A stretch of 64,000 nt of DNA from Sulfurovum sp. (GTDB taxonomy: Bacteria > Campylobacterota > Campylobacteria > Campylobacterales > Sulfurovaceae). The notes beneath the pieces are model-generated. The model was not told the DNA's origin and did not search any database. It worked only from the letters and a program-made list of their open reading frames with translations. This document shows positions 27,435-37,330 of the stretch, one piece after another. Numbering within the stretch: position 1 is the stretch's first letter; each line of letters begins with the position of its first letter. The stretch spans positions 15,228 through 79,227 of the forward strand of contig JAMOTA010000016.1 of the NCBI GenBank assembly GCA_027068435.1, written 5' to 3'. The position numbers were made by a program, and so were the translations under genes.

Positions 27435-29819
27435 ATGCAAGTTGAAATGTCAAGACGAAAGTTTTTACAAGGAACTGTTGCAATGAGTGTTGTTAGTGGA
27501 ACAGCAATCTCTGCAACAAATCTTTTTGCAAGTAGTAGTTCACATGATAAAAAGTGGACGATTACAGCTAAAACGAGTAAAGCAAAAGATGTTAAATTAA
27601 TTCCCACACTATGTGAAATGTGTGTAAATAAATGTGCAGCTATAGCCAGAGTAGAAGATGGGGTAGTAACAAAGTTAGATCCAAACCCAATGTTTCCAAA
27701 ATCAAGAAATATGTTATGTCCAAGAGGAAATGCAGGGATTCAAGCCCTGTATGACCCCGACCGTTTAAAACATCCAATGATCCGTATTGGTGAAAAAGGT
27801 GAAGGTAAATTTAAACAAGTTACTTGGGATGAAGCATTCAAATATATCACTGAAAAAACAACAAAAATTTTAGATGAAGAGAAAGATAACCGTTCTTCGT
27901 TCCTTTTTTGTGCAGGTGAAGGTATGGCAGAGCATACATTTAAAACTTTCTATGAAGCATTTGGTTCAGCAAACTGGCTTAATCACGCGTCTATTTGTCT
28001 TCAAACTGTTGCATCAGGATATGGGGTAACTATTGGAGCTTATCCTCAAGCAGATTTAGATAATGCAGAGTATATTATTATGGCAGGTGCTAACAGAGCA
28101 GAAGCAATAGTTACTCCAGATACTATGGATCTTTTTAAAAGAACTAAAGGTAGAGGTGCAAAACTTATCTGTGTTGATCCTAGATTTACTAACACAGCTG
28201 CAAAATCAGACAAGTGGTTGGCTATCAACCCAGGTACTGACTTAGCATTTGTTTTAGCTCTTACACATGTAGTTCTTTCTGAAGAACTTTATAACAAAGA
28301 GTATGTAGAAGCACACTTTAATGGTTTTGCAGAATATAAAGAGCATATACTCTCTAGTAAATATACACCAGAATGGGCAGAACCTCTTACTAATATTAAA
28401 GCTAAAGAGATTTATAAAATAGCAAGAGAATTTATGGTTCATGCCCCTAAAGCTGTTTACTATCCAGGAAGAAGAAGTACTTTTTCAAAAAATGACTTCC
28501 AATTACGTCGTGCTATGGCTATCTTCCAAGGACTTGGTGGAGGAATAGACACTAAAGGTGGACTTATCTTTGGTGACAAGATTAAACTTAAGGGACATGA
28601 AACACTAGTTCCAATGTATGATAAAGCTAAATCAAGAGCAGTAAATAAAACTGAATCTGGATATGATGACTGTGCTGTTGTAAGTGGTGGTGGTTCATGG
28701 TTAGGTTGGAGAGAGAGATTTTTAACAGGTAGTATGTCATATAATGTACGCGGTATGTTCTGTTATAAACACAACCCAATGATGAATATGCCAAATACGG
28801 CAAAAACGGCAAAAATGCTTAAAAAGATGGAACTTCTTGTATGTATTGATACTATGCCTAGTGATACTGTTATGTATGCAGATGTTGTACTTCCTGAATG
28901 TACATACTTAGAGAGAACAGACCCAGTAAAAACATTTGGTGGTGTTGAGCCTTCAGTAGCACAACGTAATAAAGTAATTAATCCTCTATTTGAAACAAAA
29001 CCAGTAAATGAAATTTTACGTGGTTTAACAGCACAACTCTCAAGACCACTTTTTGATATTACTAAAAAGTATGATGAAGAGGTACAAGATGGGATTGCTG
29101 ATTCAAGTGAAGAGGAATACTATAAAGAAGAGTTTGATATGACTCAAATTTATGCTCATGATCAAGAAGAGATTAATGAACATGCTGTTCATCACTATCA
29201 TGGTGCAGCAGAACAGTTAAAAAAACATGGTGTTTATTACCCTAATATGGATCAACATTATAAAAAAATATCAGTAAATGAACATCAGTATTATCCTGAA
29301 AAAGAGAAATCATACTCTGTAGGTAATGGAAAGCTTAAAACATCTTCTGGAAAACTAGAGTGTAATCTTATAGGTTTAGGTAAAAAAGGTATTGATGCAA
29401 TGCCAACATGGAAAGATGAGTATAAATTTGTTGTTCCAGAAGGTAAGTTTAGACTTATTACAGGAAGACATGCACAGTACACGCAAAGTGGTACATCAAA
29501 TAATGCAATGCTTAGAGATTTAATGCCAGAAAATTATATCTGGATTAATAAACGTGTTGCTAAAGAAAAAGGTATTGCTTTTGGTGATACTATTGAAGTA
29601 AAAAGTAGAACAGGTTCTACAACGATTAAAGCCTATCCTACAGAGAAAATGGCACCTAATCAAGTATTCTTTATTCATGGATTTGGAGAAGAGAGTTCAG
29701 CATTGACATGGGCCTACAAAAATGGTGGTAATGATAATGCAGTTATTGAAGATATTATTGAACCAGTATATGGTGCTGCAGCAATGCATGAAACTAACGT
29801 AGAAATAAGAAAGGTATAA
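27435..29819 (+). CDS. psrA: Polysulfide/thiosulfate reductase molybdopterin subunit
   Basis: Tat SRRKFLQ; CEMCVNKC...LCPRG [4Fe-4S]; HASIC Mo-ligand region; ITGRHAQYT; ATG 7 nt after AGGAGG. Confidence 0.88.
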   Translation: MQVEMSRRKFLQGTVAMSVVSGTAISATNLFASSSSHDKKWTITAKTSKAKDVKLIPTLCEMCVNKCAAIARVEDGVVTKLDPNPMFPKSRNMLCPRGNAGIQALYDPDRLKHPMIRIGEKGEGKFKQVTWDEAFKYITEKTTKILDEEKDNRSSFLFCAGEGMAEHTFKTFYEAFGSANWLNHASICLQTVASGYGVTIGAYPQADLDNAEYIIMAGANRAEAIVTPDTMDLFKRTKGRGAKLICVDPRFTNTAAKSDKWLAINPGTDLAFVLALTHVVLSEELYNKEYVEAHFNGFAEYKEHILSSKYTPEWAEPLTNIKAKEIYKIAREFMVHAPKAVYYPGRRSTFSKNDFQLRRAMAIFQGLGGGIDTKGGLIFGDKIKLKGHETLVPMYDKAKSRAVNKTESGYDDCAVVSGGGSWLGWRERFLTGSMSYNVRGMFCYKHNPMMNMPNTAKTAKMLKKMELLVCIDTMPSDTVMYADVVLPECTYLERTDPVKTFGGVEPSVAQRNKVINPLFETKPVNEILRGLTAQLSRPLFDITKKYDEEVQDGIADSSEEEYYKEEFDMTQIYAHDQEEINEHAVHHYHGAAEQLKKHGVYYPNMDQHYKKISVNEHQYYPEKEKSYSVGNGKLKTSSGKLECNLIGLGKKGIDAMPTWKDEYKFVVPEGKFRLITGRHAQYTQSGTSNNAMLRDLMPENYIWINKRVAKEKGIAFGDTIEVKSRTGSTTIKAYPTEKMAPNQVFFIHGFGEESSALTWAYKNGGNDNAVIEDIIEPVYGAAAMHETNVEIRKV

Positions 29820-29821
29820 TC

Positions 29822-30385
29822 ATGGCAAGATATGGAATGGCTTTAGATTATAAAAATTGTATTAATTGTAAAGCATGTGAAGTTGCCTGTAAAGAAGAGA
29901 ACGGTGTTCTTATGGGTGCAGACAAACACAGAATATGGGTAGGAGTTAATGAAATAGAAGGGGAATATCCTCTTTTAGATATTGTATCAAGCTCTTTTCA
30001 ACCGAGTCAGTGTCAGCATTGTGATGAAGCTCCTTGTCAAGAAGTTTGTCCTACAAACGCAACATATTACGATAAAAATGGTGTAGTAAGAGTAGATAGT
30101 GATAAGTGTATTTTATGTTCTTACTGTATGGTTGCTTGTCCTTATGATGCACGTTATGTAGATGATAGAACTATGACTGTAGATAAGTGTAATTTCTGTT
30201 CAGATACAAGACTAGATCGTGGTGAGACAACAACAGCATGTCAAAATACTTGTCCTACAAAAGTAAGAACTTTTGGTGATTTAGATGATTATGACAGTGA
30301 AATTAGTGAACTACTTAGAACGAGAGAACACTTTTCTCTTAAAGCAAATCTTGGTACTAAACCAAAACTTTACTACCTAACATAA
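29822..30385 (+). CDS. psrB: 4Fe-4S dicluster electron-transfer subunit
   Basis: CINCKAC..AC, CQHCDEAPCQEVCP, CILCSYCMVACP, KCNFC...ACQNTCP. Confidence 0.9.
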   Translation: MARYGMALDYKNCINCKACEVACKEENGVLMGADKHRIWVGVNEIEGEYPLLDIVSSSFQPSQCQHCDEAPCQEVCPTNATYYDKNGVVRVDSDKCILCSYCMVACPYDARYVDDRTMTVDKCNFCSDTRLDRGETTTACQNTCPTKVRTFGDLDDYDSEISELLRTREHFSLKANLGTKPKLYYLT

Positions 30386-30395
30386 GGAGTGTAAT

Positions 30396-31631
30396 ATGTC
30401 AGAAACAGTAGAAAAACCAGAACAAACAGGCATTATAGCCAAGGCAAAAGATTTTGTTACTACGATTCCTTATAATAAAATAGGTATGAAAGAGTTATTA
30501 GGTTATGAAAAAACACCTAGAAATCAGTTAGTAGCACTTCTTACTCTAATAATGTTATCTATGTTCCTAATAGGAATAATAACCTATTTTGTAGAGGGAC
30601 ACCACGCTTACAATGTGAGTAAAGAACATCCATGGGGACTATTACTCGCAGTATATATCTTTTTTGTTGTAAGCTCAACAGGACTATGTATTATTGGTTC
30701 ATTAGGTGATGTCTTTGGATTTAAAGACTATATGCTTATCTCTAAACGGGCAATTTTTGGTTCTATAGTTACTATATTAGCAGGATTTGCTGTTATCTCC
30801 GTAGAGATAGGACACCCTATAACGATGTTGATTTATAATGTTTTAACACCAGGACTTAGTTCTGCTATTTGGTGGATGGGTACATTATATGGTGCATACT
30901 TAGTATTTATGATTATTGAATTTGTTTTTCTCCTTAAAGGAGATATGAAGTGGGCAAAGAGATTTGGATTATCAGGTCTTTTGGTAGGTCTTGCTGCTCA
31001 CTCTAACCTAGGTTCAGTATTTGGTTTCTTAAATGCTAGACCTATTGCTAATGGAGTATTTTATCCAACATACTTTATCTTAACAGCATTTATTACAGGT
31101 GTATTTATTGCTTTTATTATTATGGGATTCAGATATAAATTAGAGTTTCCAGAAAAAGTAAAAACGATGTTAACTGGTTTAGCTAAAATACAAGCTTTAC
31201 TTATTTCTATTCTTATCTTTTTTGTAACATGGAAAATGTTTACAGATATTTACGGTGGTATGCCAAATCGTTCAGAAGTTGCTGTGCATATCTTAGGTTC
31301 ATGGACATTCTGGGCAGAAGTTATTTTAGCAATGCTTATTCCTTTATTCTTGATTTTGAAAGATATGGGAAAATCACCAGTAGTTCTTTTTTGGGCATCA
31401 CTCAGTGGTATGGTAGGGGTCTTCTTTATGAGATATAATCTTGTACACGACACACAACTTAAACCACTTCAAATGATGAAGTTAAAAGAGTACCAACCTG
31501 TACCTGAATGGATACACTATTTCCCATCAGGAACAGAGATGATGATCTCTTTAGGTGGATTAGGTCTATGTATAGCAATGTACTACGCAGGAACAAAATT
31601 CTTCAATCTTGATGAAGATGAAAATCACTAA
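30396..31631 (+). CDS. psrC: NrfD/PsrC-family membrane anchor
   Basis: HPWGLLLAVYIFF, EIGHP, SSAIWWM, multiple TM helices; follows psrAB. Confidence 0.88.
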   Translation: MSETVEKPEQTGIIAKAKDFVTTIPYNKIGMKELLGYEKTPRNQLVALLTLIMLSMFLIGIITYFVEGHHAYNVSKEHPWGLLLAVYIFFVVSSTGLCIIGSLGDVFGFKDYMLISKRAIFGSIVTILAGFAVISVEIGHPITMLIYNVLTPGLSSAIWWMGTLYGAYLVFMIIEFVFLLKGDMKWAKRFGLSGLLVGLAAHSNLGSVFGFLNARPIANGVFYPTYFILTAFITGVFIAFIIMGFRYKLEFPEKVKTMLTGLAKIQALLISILIFFVTWKMFTDIYGGMPNRSEVAVHILGSWTFWAEVILAMLIPLFLILKDMGKSPVVLFWASLSGMVGVFFMRYNLVHDTQLKPLQMMKLKEYQPVPEWIHYFPSGTEMMISLGGLGLCIAMYYAGTKFFNLDEDENH

Positions 31632-31644
31632 CATTTAAAATAGC

Positions 31645-31671
31645 TATCTAAAGGAGAGACTCCTTTAGATA
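31645..31671. terminator. Bidirectional hairpin between convergent psrC and the DUF493 gene
   Basis: TATCTAAAGGAG-AGA-CTCCTTTAGATA. Confidence 0.7.
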
Positions 31672-31715
31672 CTACTTACAGTAAAACTCTCTTTATTTAT
31701 CTTTTTCGTTAAATT

Positions 31716-31985
31716 CTATATCACCATATCTACATCATCATGATCTTCAAAGTATTTGAAAATTCTATTTCTCTCCTCTTCTGAATTTACAGAACAACTT
31801 GCATTGTATGAGTGAAACTTACCCGTTTTGGAACGGTTTCCTAAATCACATTTATGCTCTTTTTCTCCCATTGCCTCTTTAATACATTTAAGAAGAGAGT
31901 CTTTATCTCTTCCTATGAGTTTGAAACCCCAGTTAGTAGGGTAGTCTATTTGTGGTCTATCTGGAGTTTTATCGTCTAAAATCAC
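31716..31985 (-). CDS. DUF493 (YbeD/HP0495-like) protein
   Basis: [13 protein letters not shown]...SKTGKFHSY...V.MVI pattern. Confidence 0.8.
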   Translation of the reverse strand: MILDDKTPDRPQIDYPTNWGFKLIGRDKDSLLKCIKEAMGEKEHKCDLGNRSKTGKFHSYNASCSVNSEEERNRIFKYFEDHDDVDMVI

Positions 31986-32439
31986 CGCTGTTACCTCCTG
32001 ATTTCTTTTCTAGTTGTACATTTTTAATCACCATACCTTTATCTATGGCTTTGAGCATATCGTAAATAGTAAGTAGTCCTACACTCACGCCTGTAAGTGC
32101 TTCCATCTCTACACCTGTTTGTCCATTAAGTTTTGCTGTTACTGTCAGTTTAAACCCTGGTAACTCTGGTACCTCTTCTATATCTGTCTTTACAGAAGTA
32201 AGCATAAGAGGATGACACATAGGAATGAGAGTACTTGTCTGTTTAGTCGCTTGTATCGCTGCAATGACAGCAGTTTGAAGTACAGGACCTTTTTTTGCAC
32301 TGTTTGATACTACGGCATCAAAAGCTGATTGTCCTACCTCTATGATACCTGAGGCAGTAGCCACACGTGTAGTATTGGCTTTATCTGAAACATCTACCAT
32401 TTTGGGTTTGTTTTGTTCGTCAAGATGTGTTAAATTCAC
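31969..32439 (-). CDS. moaC: Cyclic pyranopterin monophosphate synthase
   Basis: LTHLD...[29 protein letters not shown]. Confidence 0.97.
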   Translation of the reverse strand: MNLTHLDEQNKPKMVDVSDKANTTRVATASGIIEVGQSAFDAVVSNSAKKGPVLQTAVIAAIQATKQTSTLIPMCHPLMLTSVKTDIEEVPELPGFKLTVTAKLNGQTGVEMEALTGVSVGLLTIYDMLKAIDKGMVIKNVQLEKKSGGNSGDFRR

Positions 32440-32483
32440 AAAAAATCCTTAATATTAATAATTAGTTTTTGCATTTTAACATA

Positions 32484-32537
32484 AAAAGTGACGTATTTAA
32501 AGTAAAAGTGACGTAAAAATAGAATAAATGACGTAAA
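32484..32537 (+). repeat. Three TGACGTA direct repeats with exact 20-bp period
   Basis: TGACGTA at 32489, 32509 and 32529, each in an A-rich context (AAAAGTGACGTA twice). Confidence 0.85.
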
Positions 32538-32604
32538 TATAGTAAAAAACCTTGACTTTAAACACCACTATTAGCTAATATTATGACAATGATAAAGGAG
32601 TAGT

Positions 32605-33273
32605 ATGACGTATGCCTATTTAAGACAGATGCCAGACAATAATAACATGTCTGCGCAACAGCGTAATATTCTCTCATTTTCATTGACTCAAAGTATAAAT
32701 ATAGATAAAGAGGTTATTGAGTACTCAAGTAAAAACCACCTTATAGAAGAGAGAAAGAAATTTGAAGAGTTTATGCACTCATTAGAAGAGGGGAGTAGTC
32801 TTATCATAGACACACTCTCAGTTTTAAGTGATCGTGCAGAAGAGTTGATAAAAATTATCAACTGTATGTTAAGTCGTAGAATAGACTTATACATCGCAAG
32901 CTCTAAGACACTGCTCAATAAAAAGACTACCGTAGTTGAAATTTTTCCTCTGCTTAATGATTTACGTGAAGCACAAAAGGCAAAGTCTAACCAGATAGGT
33001 CGTCCTAAAGGGAGTCGTTCTTCTTCTAAATTTGATGTACATCAACTAAGGATTATCAATTTTCTTAAAGAGGGTTTAAATGTGAGTGCTATAGCTAGAG
33101 AGTTAGAAGTAAGTCGTAGCTCTTTAAAAGATTATATAGAGTCAAGAGGTATTAAAGAATTGGTAGATGGGTCTTGGATTGAGATAAATCAACCAAGGGA
33201 GATGTCAGGTGTGGACAATACATTGTTAATATGTCCATTTGAACAAGAAAAACAACAAAAAAGGATATTGTAA
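32605..33273 (+). CDS. Degenerate serine-resolvase-fold protein with C-terminal HTH
   Basis: YAYLRQM (canonical YxRVS lacking Ser), GRPKGS linker, GLNVSAIARELEVSRSSL HTH; AAGGAG RBS. Confidence 0.75.
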   Translation: MTYAYLRQMPDNNNMSAQQRNILSFSLTQSINIDKEVIEYSSKNHLIEERKKFEEFMHSLEEGSSLIIDTLSVLSDRAEELIKIINCMLSRRIDLYIASSKTLLNKKTTVVEIFPLLNDLREAQKAKSNQIGRPKGSRSSSKFDVHQLRIINFLKEGLNVSAIARELEVSRSSLKDYIESRGIKELVDGSWIEINQPREMSGVDNTLLICPFEQEKQQKRIL

Positions 33274-34730
33274 TGGCAGAAGTAAATACTGAAACCCAAG
33301 AGAAACCAAAGAAAAATCAATCAAAAGAGTATCTAAAAGGGTGGATTCCTTATAGAATTAAACGGTATTGGGCTTATGCTATAGCTACTATCATGGCTTT
33401 AGTTATGCCATGGATTACTATTGGTGGAAATCATATCTTTTTACTTAGCTTTGACCAAAAGAAACTACACCTTATGGGTACAGCATTTGATATGCAAGAG
33501 CTTTACCTTATGCCTTTTTTACTTATGTTACTTTTTCTTGGTATTTTTGCAGTGACTGCTGTAGGTGGTAGAGCATGGTGTGGATGGGCTTGTCCTCAAA
33601 CAATCTTTAGAGTTATATATAGAGATGGAATAGAGACAAAACTTTTAGGTTTACATAAACGTATTAAAAATAAGCAAAAAAAACCAGATATGTCTAAAAA
33701 AGAAAATATGGTTAAAAAAATAATTGCAATTTTACTTTGGTCTGTCTTGGCACTCGTTGCTGCATCAGACTTTTTATGGTTCTTTGTACCACCTGAAGAT
33801 TTCTTTACTTATTTATCTAACCCTACAGAACACATGATGCTTGTGGGTATTCTTTTGAGTGTAGCTGCATTTATTGTAATAGATGTTGTTTTTATTAAAG
33901 AAGATTTTTGTATTTATATCTGTCCTTACAGCCGTGTACAGTCAGTACTCTATGATGATGAGACAATTCAAGCAGTTTATGACCCTATCCGTGGTGGTAG
34001 CATTTACCAAGGTAAAGGGTACAGTAGAGAGAAAAAATATGAAAAAACAAAAGAGTTACTTCTTGTAGAACCAACGGCTGAATGTACAACATGTGAAAGT
34101 TGTGTAACAGTTTGTCCTACTCATATTGATATTCGTAAAGGGATGCAGTTAGAGTGTATCAACTGTCTTGAATGTGTAGATGCATGTACAACAGTTATGG
34201 GAGCGTTAGGTAAAGAGAGTTTAGTGCGTTGGTCTAGTGAAAAAGAAACACTTAGACATGAGGGGAAAACTAACCTGTTTAGACCAAAAATTATTGCATA
34301 CTTTACTGTTCTTGCACTGGTTTTAGTAGCACTATTTGCTATGGGTAGTACAAAAGAAAATATGCTTTTAAATGTTAATAAAAACACAAGACTTTATAAA
34401 ATTCTTGATGGTGGTGTGGTACAGAATGATTATCTATTCTTATTTCAAAATACAGATAGTAAAAGACATACTTATTTCTTTGAAATTGTAGATAATGACA
34501 ATATAAAAATTATTAGACCTAAAGAGTCATTTAGTATTGCCGCAGGGAAAAAGAGAAAAAAAGTAGTTATTTTACAAACAAAAGAGAAGTTAGCAGATGA
34601 TGCAAGAAAAGATATACCTATTCCTGTAACTATCAGAGCTTATGCACTTGATAATAAAGAGAAAATAATTATTACAAGACATACAGTATTTGTTTATCCT
34701 CGTTCAGACTTAATAAACAATAAGAAATAG
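33273..34730 (+). CDS. ccoG: cbb3 oxidase accessory protein CcoG/FixG/RdxB
   Basis: GRAWCGWACPQT, FCIYICPYSRVQS, CTTCESCVTVCP, CINCLECVDAC, FixG C-terminal domain. Confidence 0.95.
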   Translation: MAEVNTETQEKPKKNQSKEYLKGWIPYRIKRYWAYAIATIMALVMPWITIGGNHIFLLSFDQKKLHLMGTAFDMQELYLMPFLLMLLFLGIFAVTAVGGRAWCGWACPQTIFRVIYRDGIETKLLGLHKRIKNKQKKPDMSKKENMVKKIIAILLWSVLALVAASDFLWFFVPPEDFFTYLSNPTEHMMLVGILLSVAAFIVIDVVFIKEDFCIYICPYSRVQSVLYDDETIQAVYDPIRGGSIYQGKGYSREKKYEKTKELLLVEPTAECTTCESCVTVCPTHIDIRKGMQLECINCLECVDACTTVMGALGKESLVRWSSEKETLRHEGKTNLFRPKIIAYFTVLALVLVALFAMGSTKENMLLNVNKNTRLYKILDGGVVQNDYLFLFQNTDSKRHTYFFEIVDNDNIKIIRPKESFSIAAGKKRKKVVILQTKEKLADDARKDIPIPVTIRAYALDNKEKIIITRHTVFVYPRSDLINNKK

Positions 34731-34735
34731 TTAGT

Positions 34736-34939
34736 ATGAAAAATATAGAACCTACATTAGAAACAATAGAAGACTATGATGGAAAGGAGAGTCCTGAGAA
34801 GAGAATGACTATTTGGATAGTCATTCTTACAGGACTCCTTATTGGTGCAGTGTATATTATTTTGAATGCAACAACAGATGTATCAGATGAGTTAGATAAA
34901 GTGGATGTAGTGCAGACATCAACTATCTATAAACATTAA
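34736..34939 (+). CDS. Small single-TM hypothetical protein
   Basis: 67 aa with one hydrophobic helix; 5 bp after ccoG. Confidence 0.6.
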   Translation: MKNIEPTLETIEDYDGKESPEKRMTIWIVILTGLLIGAVYIILNATTDVSDELDKVDVVQTSTIYKH

Positions 34940-34960
34940 TAGAAATAAAGGAAAAGTAAA

Positions 34961-36130
34961 ATGACAAAAGTTTTAGTACTTGGTGGAGGTTTTGCTGGTG
35001 TAGAAGCAGCTATCTACCTTAGAAAACAAGAGATAGATGTAACCCTTGTAAGTGATAGAGATTATTTTTATATCTATCCTACTTCTATCTGGATTCCTAC
35101 AGGAGAAGTGACAAGAGAAGATGTATCTGTACCTTTAGATAAATTGGCTTTTGCACATGGTTTTAAACTTATTATAGAATCAGTGACACTAATAGAAGCT
35201 AAAAATAGAAAAGTAACTTTAGAGAGTGGGCGTATATTAGATAACTATGATTACATTGTTATAGCATTAGGACAAGGTAAGATAAAACATGAGGGGATAG
35301 AACATACCCTCTCTATTTGTGGTAAACCAGAAGAAGCTACCGCACTTTATAAACAGTTAGATGACTTAGTCCTTAGTGGAAAAGGTAAGATAGCTATGGG
35401 CTTTGGTGGTAACCCTAAAGATGGTTCTGCTGTACGTGGTGGACCAGCATTTGAGGTACTGTTTAATGTAGATAACTACTTAAAGAAAAAAGGAATTCGT
35501 GATAATTTTGAACTGACTTTTTTTGCTCCTATGGCTAAACCTGGACAAAAGATGGGTGAAAAAGCACTTGTTATGATGGACAAGATGTTTAAAATGACAA
35601 ATATCAATAAAAAAGTAGGTTCTAAAATCACCTCTTTTGATGAAGAGGGTGTAAACTTTGAAGATGGTACAAAATTAGAGTCAGATCTTGTGATGTTTAT
35701 CTCTGCAGGAAAAGGACACCCTATTATAGAATCTTCAGATTTACCATTAAGTGATGCAGGTTTTGTTGTAACCAATGAGTACAATGAAGTAGAGGGTTTT
35801 GAAAACATCTACGCTATAGGAGACTCTTCTGCCTTAATGGGACCAGATTGGAAAGCTAAACAAGGACATGTAGCTGAAGTAATGGCTAAAAATGTTGCTT
35901 ATAATATTTTTCAACATGCTCAGAATATTTGTTCTAAAAAAAGTTATACAGACCATTTAAATATTCTTTGTGTCATGGATACAGGTAATGGAGCAGCTTT
36001 TGTATATCGTGATGATAAAAGTGGAAAGATGATTCCTCTTCCTATTATAGGACACTGGATGAAAAAAGGGTGGGGTTGGTACTGTAAAAATTCTAAACTA
36101 GGAAAAATACCTCGAATTCCTGGAATGTAA
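34961..36130 (+). CDS. sqr: Sulfide:quinone oxidoreductase, type VI (SqrF)-like
   Basis: VLGGGFAG, LSICG (FAD-linked Cys position), SAVRGGPAFE (no Cys at the usual CxGP site), ILCVMDTG. Confidence 0.78.
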   Translation: MTKVLVLGGGFAGVEAAIYLRKQEIDVTLVSDRDYFYIYPTSIWIPTGEVTREDVSVPLDKLAFAHGFKLIIESVTLIEAKNRKVTLESGRILDNYDYIVIALGQGKIKHEGIEHTLSICGKPEEATALYKQLDDLVLSGKGKIAMGFGGNPKDGSAVRGGPAFEVLFNVDNYLKKKGIRDNFELTFFAPMAKPGQKMGEKALVMMDKMFKMTNINKKVGSKITSFDEEGVNFEDGTKLESDLVMFISAGKGHPIIESSDLPLSDAGFVVTNEYNEVEGFENIYAIGDSSALMGPDWKAKQGHVAEVMAKNVAYNIFQHAQNICSKKSYTDHLNILCVMDTGNGAAFVYRDDKSGKMIPLPIIGHWMKKGWGWYCKNSKLGKIPRIPGM

Positions 36131-36233
36131 TATTTAAAAAAATAAAAGTTACTATTATAATTATCATAATAGTAACTTTTAGTTAAAATCGGTAAAATAC
36201 GGAAATCTCTCAAACTAAATGAAGGAATTCTAA

Positions 36234-36626
36234 ATGAAACAAATTACAGTTATGGAAAAATATCCAGTTTTTACATTGGAAATTGCTAAAAGTGAAACAA
36301 GCTATCAAACAATAGATGAAATCTTTGTCTATCTTAAAAAACAAATCTCTGAACATCCTATTGCTACGTATATAGGAGAGTTTGACCACTATACACATAC
36401 TTCAAATCTTGAAGTAGGCGTCATTAGTGATGAGATAAAAGATGCTAAAAATATTATCTGTTGTTTTGGAAAAATGTTACCAAAACCAGAAATGTTAGCT
36501 GTTCGTCCTAGAGCTATGGGTGTAGCACTTATGGAAGATAGTTTTGTCGTGAGTTTCTTAGAAGCACCCAATCCTGATGCAAATACAACGATGGAAAAAT
36601 GGGCTAAAGGTATAGCCAACCTCTAA
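36234..36626 (+). CDS. Conserved hypothetical protein (DUF302-like fold suspected)
   Basis: 130 aa with AAGGA RBS; FDHYTHT, CCFG, RPRAMGV. Confidence 0.6.
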   Translation: MKQITVMEKYPVFTLEIAKSETSYQTIDEIFVYLKKQISEHPIATYIGEFDHYTHTSNLEVGVISDEIKDAKNIICCFGKMLPKPEMLAVRPRAMGVALMEDSFVVSFLEAPNPDANTTMEKWAKGIANL

Positions 36627-36814
36627 TGCTTGGAAAAGATTAAGGTGTTACTATAATTCACATATTTACTACTTAAATAACGCTATAGCGTTACTTAAAA
36701 GTTTTTTTATTTACGCTAAAAAAGCATAATAAATAGAAAAAAACTTAATTAAGACTAAATTTATCCTATTTAGATTATAATACTTTTATCAAACAAAATA
36801 ACAAGGATTTAAAA

Positions 36815-37330
36815 ATGGCAACAGTAACATTTAAAAACGACACAGTATGTAATTTAGCAGGAACAGAAATTAACGTAGGTGACACAGCACCAGTATCAAC
36901 AGTAGTAAACTGTAACCCAATGCTTCAAAATGAGCAAATTGGTGGAGAAGGTAAAGTTCAACTTGTAATTGCAGTACCATCTTTAGATACAGGTACATGT
37001 GATGCAGAAACAAGAAGATTTAACACAGAAGCAGCGTCACTAGACGGTGTAGAAGTAATCACAGTTTCTATGGATTTACCATTTGCAGCAGCAAGATGGT
37101 GTGGAGCAGCTGGAATCGAAAACATCAAAGTATGTTCAGATTTTAGAAACAAAGACTTTGCAAACGCTTATGGTGTACTTTTAGCAGATGGTCCTTTAGC
37201 TGGTCTTACTGCAAGAGTTATCTTCGTAGTTGGTAAAGATGGTAAAGTTGCATATAAGCAAGTTGTTCCAGAAATTACAGAAGAGCCTAACTATGAAGAA
37301 GCTCTAGCAGCAGCTAAGGCAGCTTGTTAA
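36815..37330 (+). CDS. tpx: Thiol peroxidase (atypical 2-Cys peroxiredoxin)
   Basis: VPSLDTGTCDAETRRFN, SMDLPFAAARWC, VPEITEEPNYE. Confidence 0.96.
   Translation: MATVTFKNDTVCNLAGTEINVGDTAPVSTVVNCNPMLQNEQIGGEGKVQLVIAVPSLDTGTCDAETRRFNTEAASLDGVEVITVSMDLPFAAARWCGAAGIENIKVCSDFRNKDFANAYGVLLADGPLAGLTARVIFVVGKDGKVAYKQVVPEITEEPNYEEALAAAKAAC

Noticed and set aside
27429-29819. Nitrate reductase, formate dehydrogenase or arsenate reductase assignment
   Set aside because: The operon context (4Fe-4S dicluster + NrfD) and HASIC ligand region fit the Psr/Phs clade. Substrate (polysulfide versus thiosulfate) cannot be settled without phylogeny.
32484-32537. CRISPR or iteron interpretation of the 20-bp-period repeats
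   Set aside because: The repeat core is only 7-12 bp, the spacers are too short, and no cas or rep gene is present.
32605-33273. Active transposon resolvase or DNA invertase
   Set aside because: The catalytic Ser is absent, and no transposase or long inverted repeats flanking an invertible segment were found.
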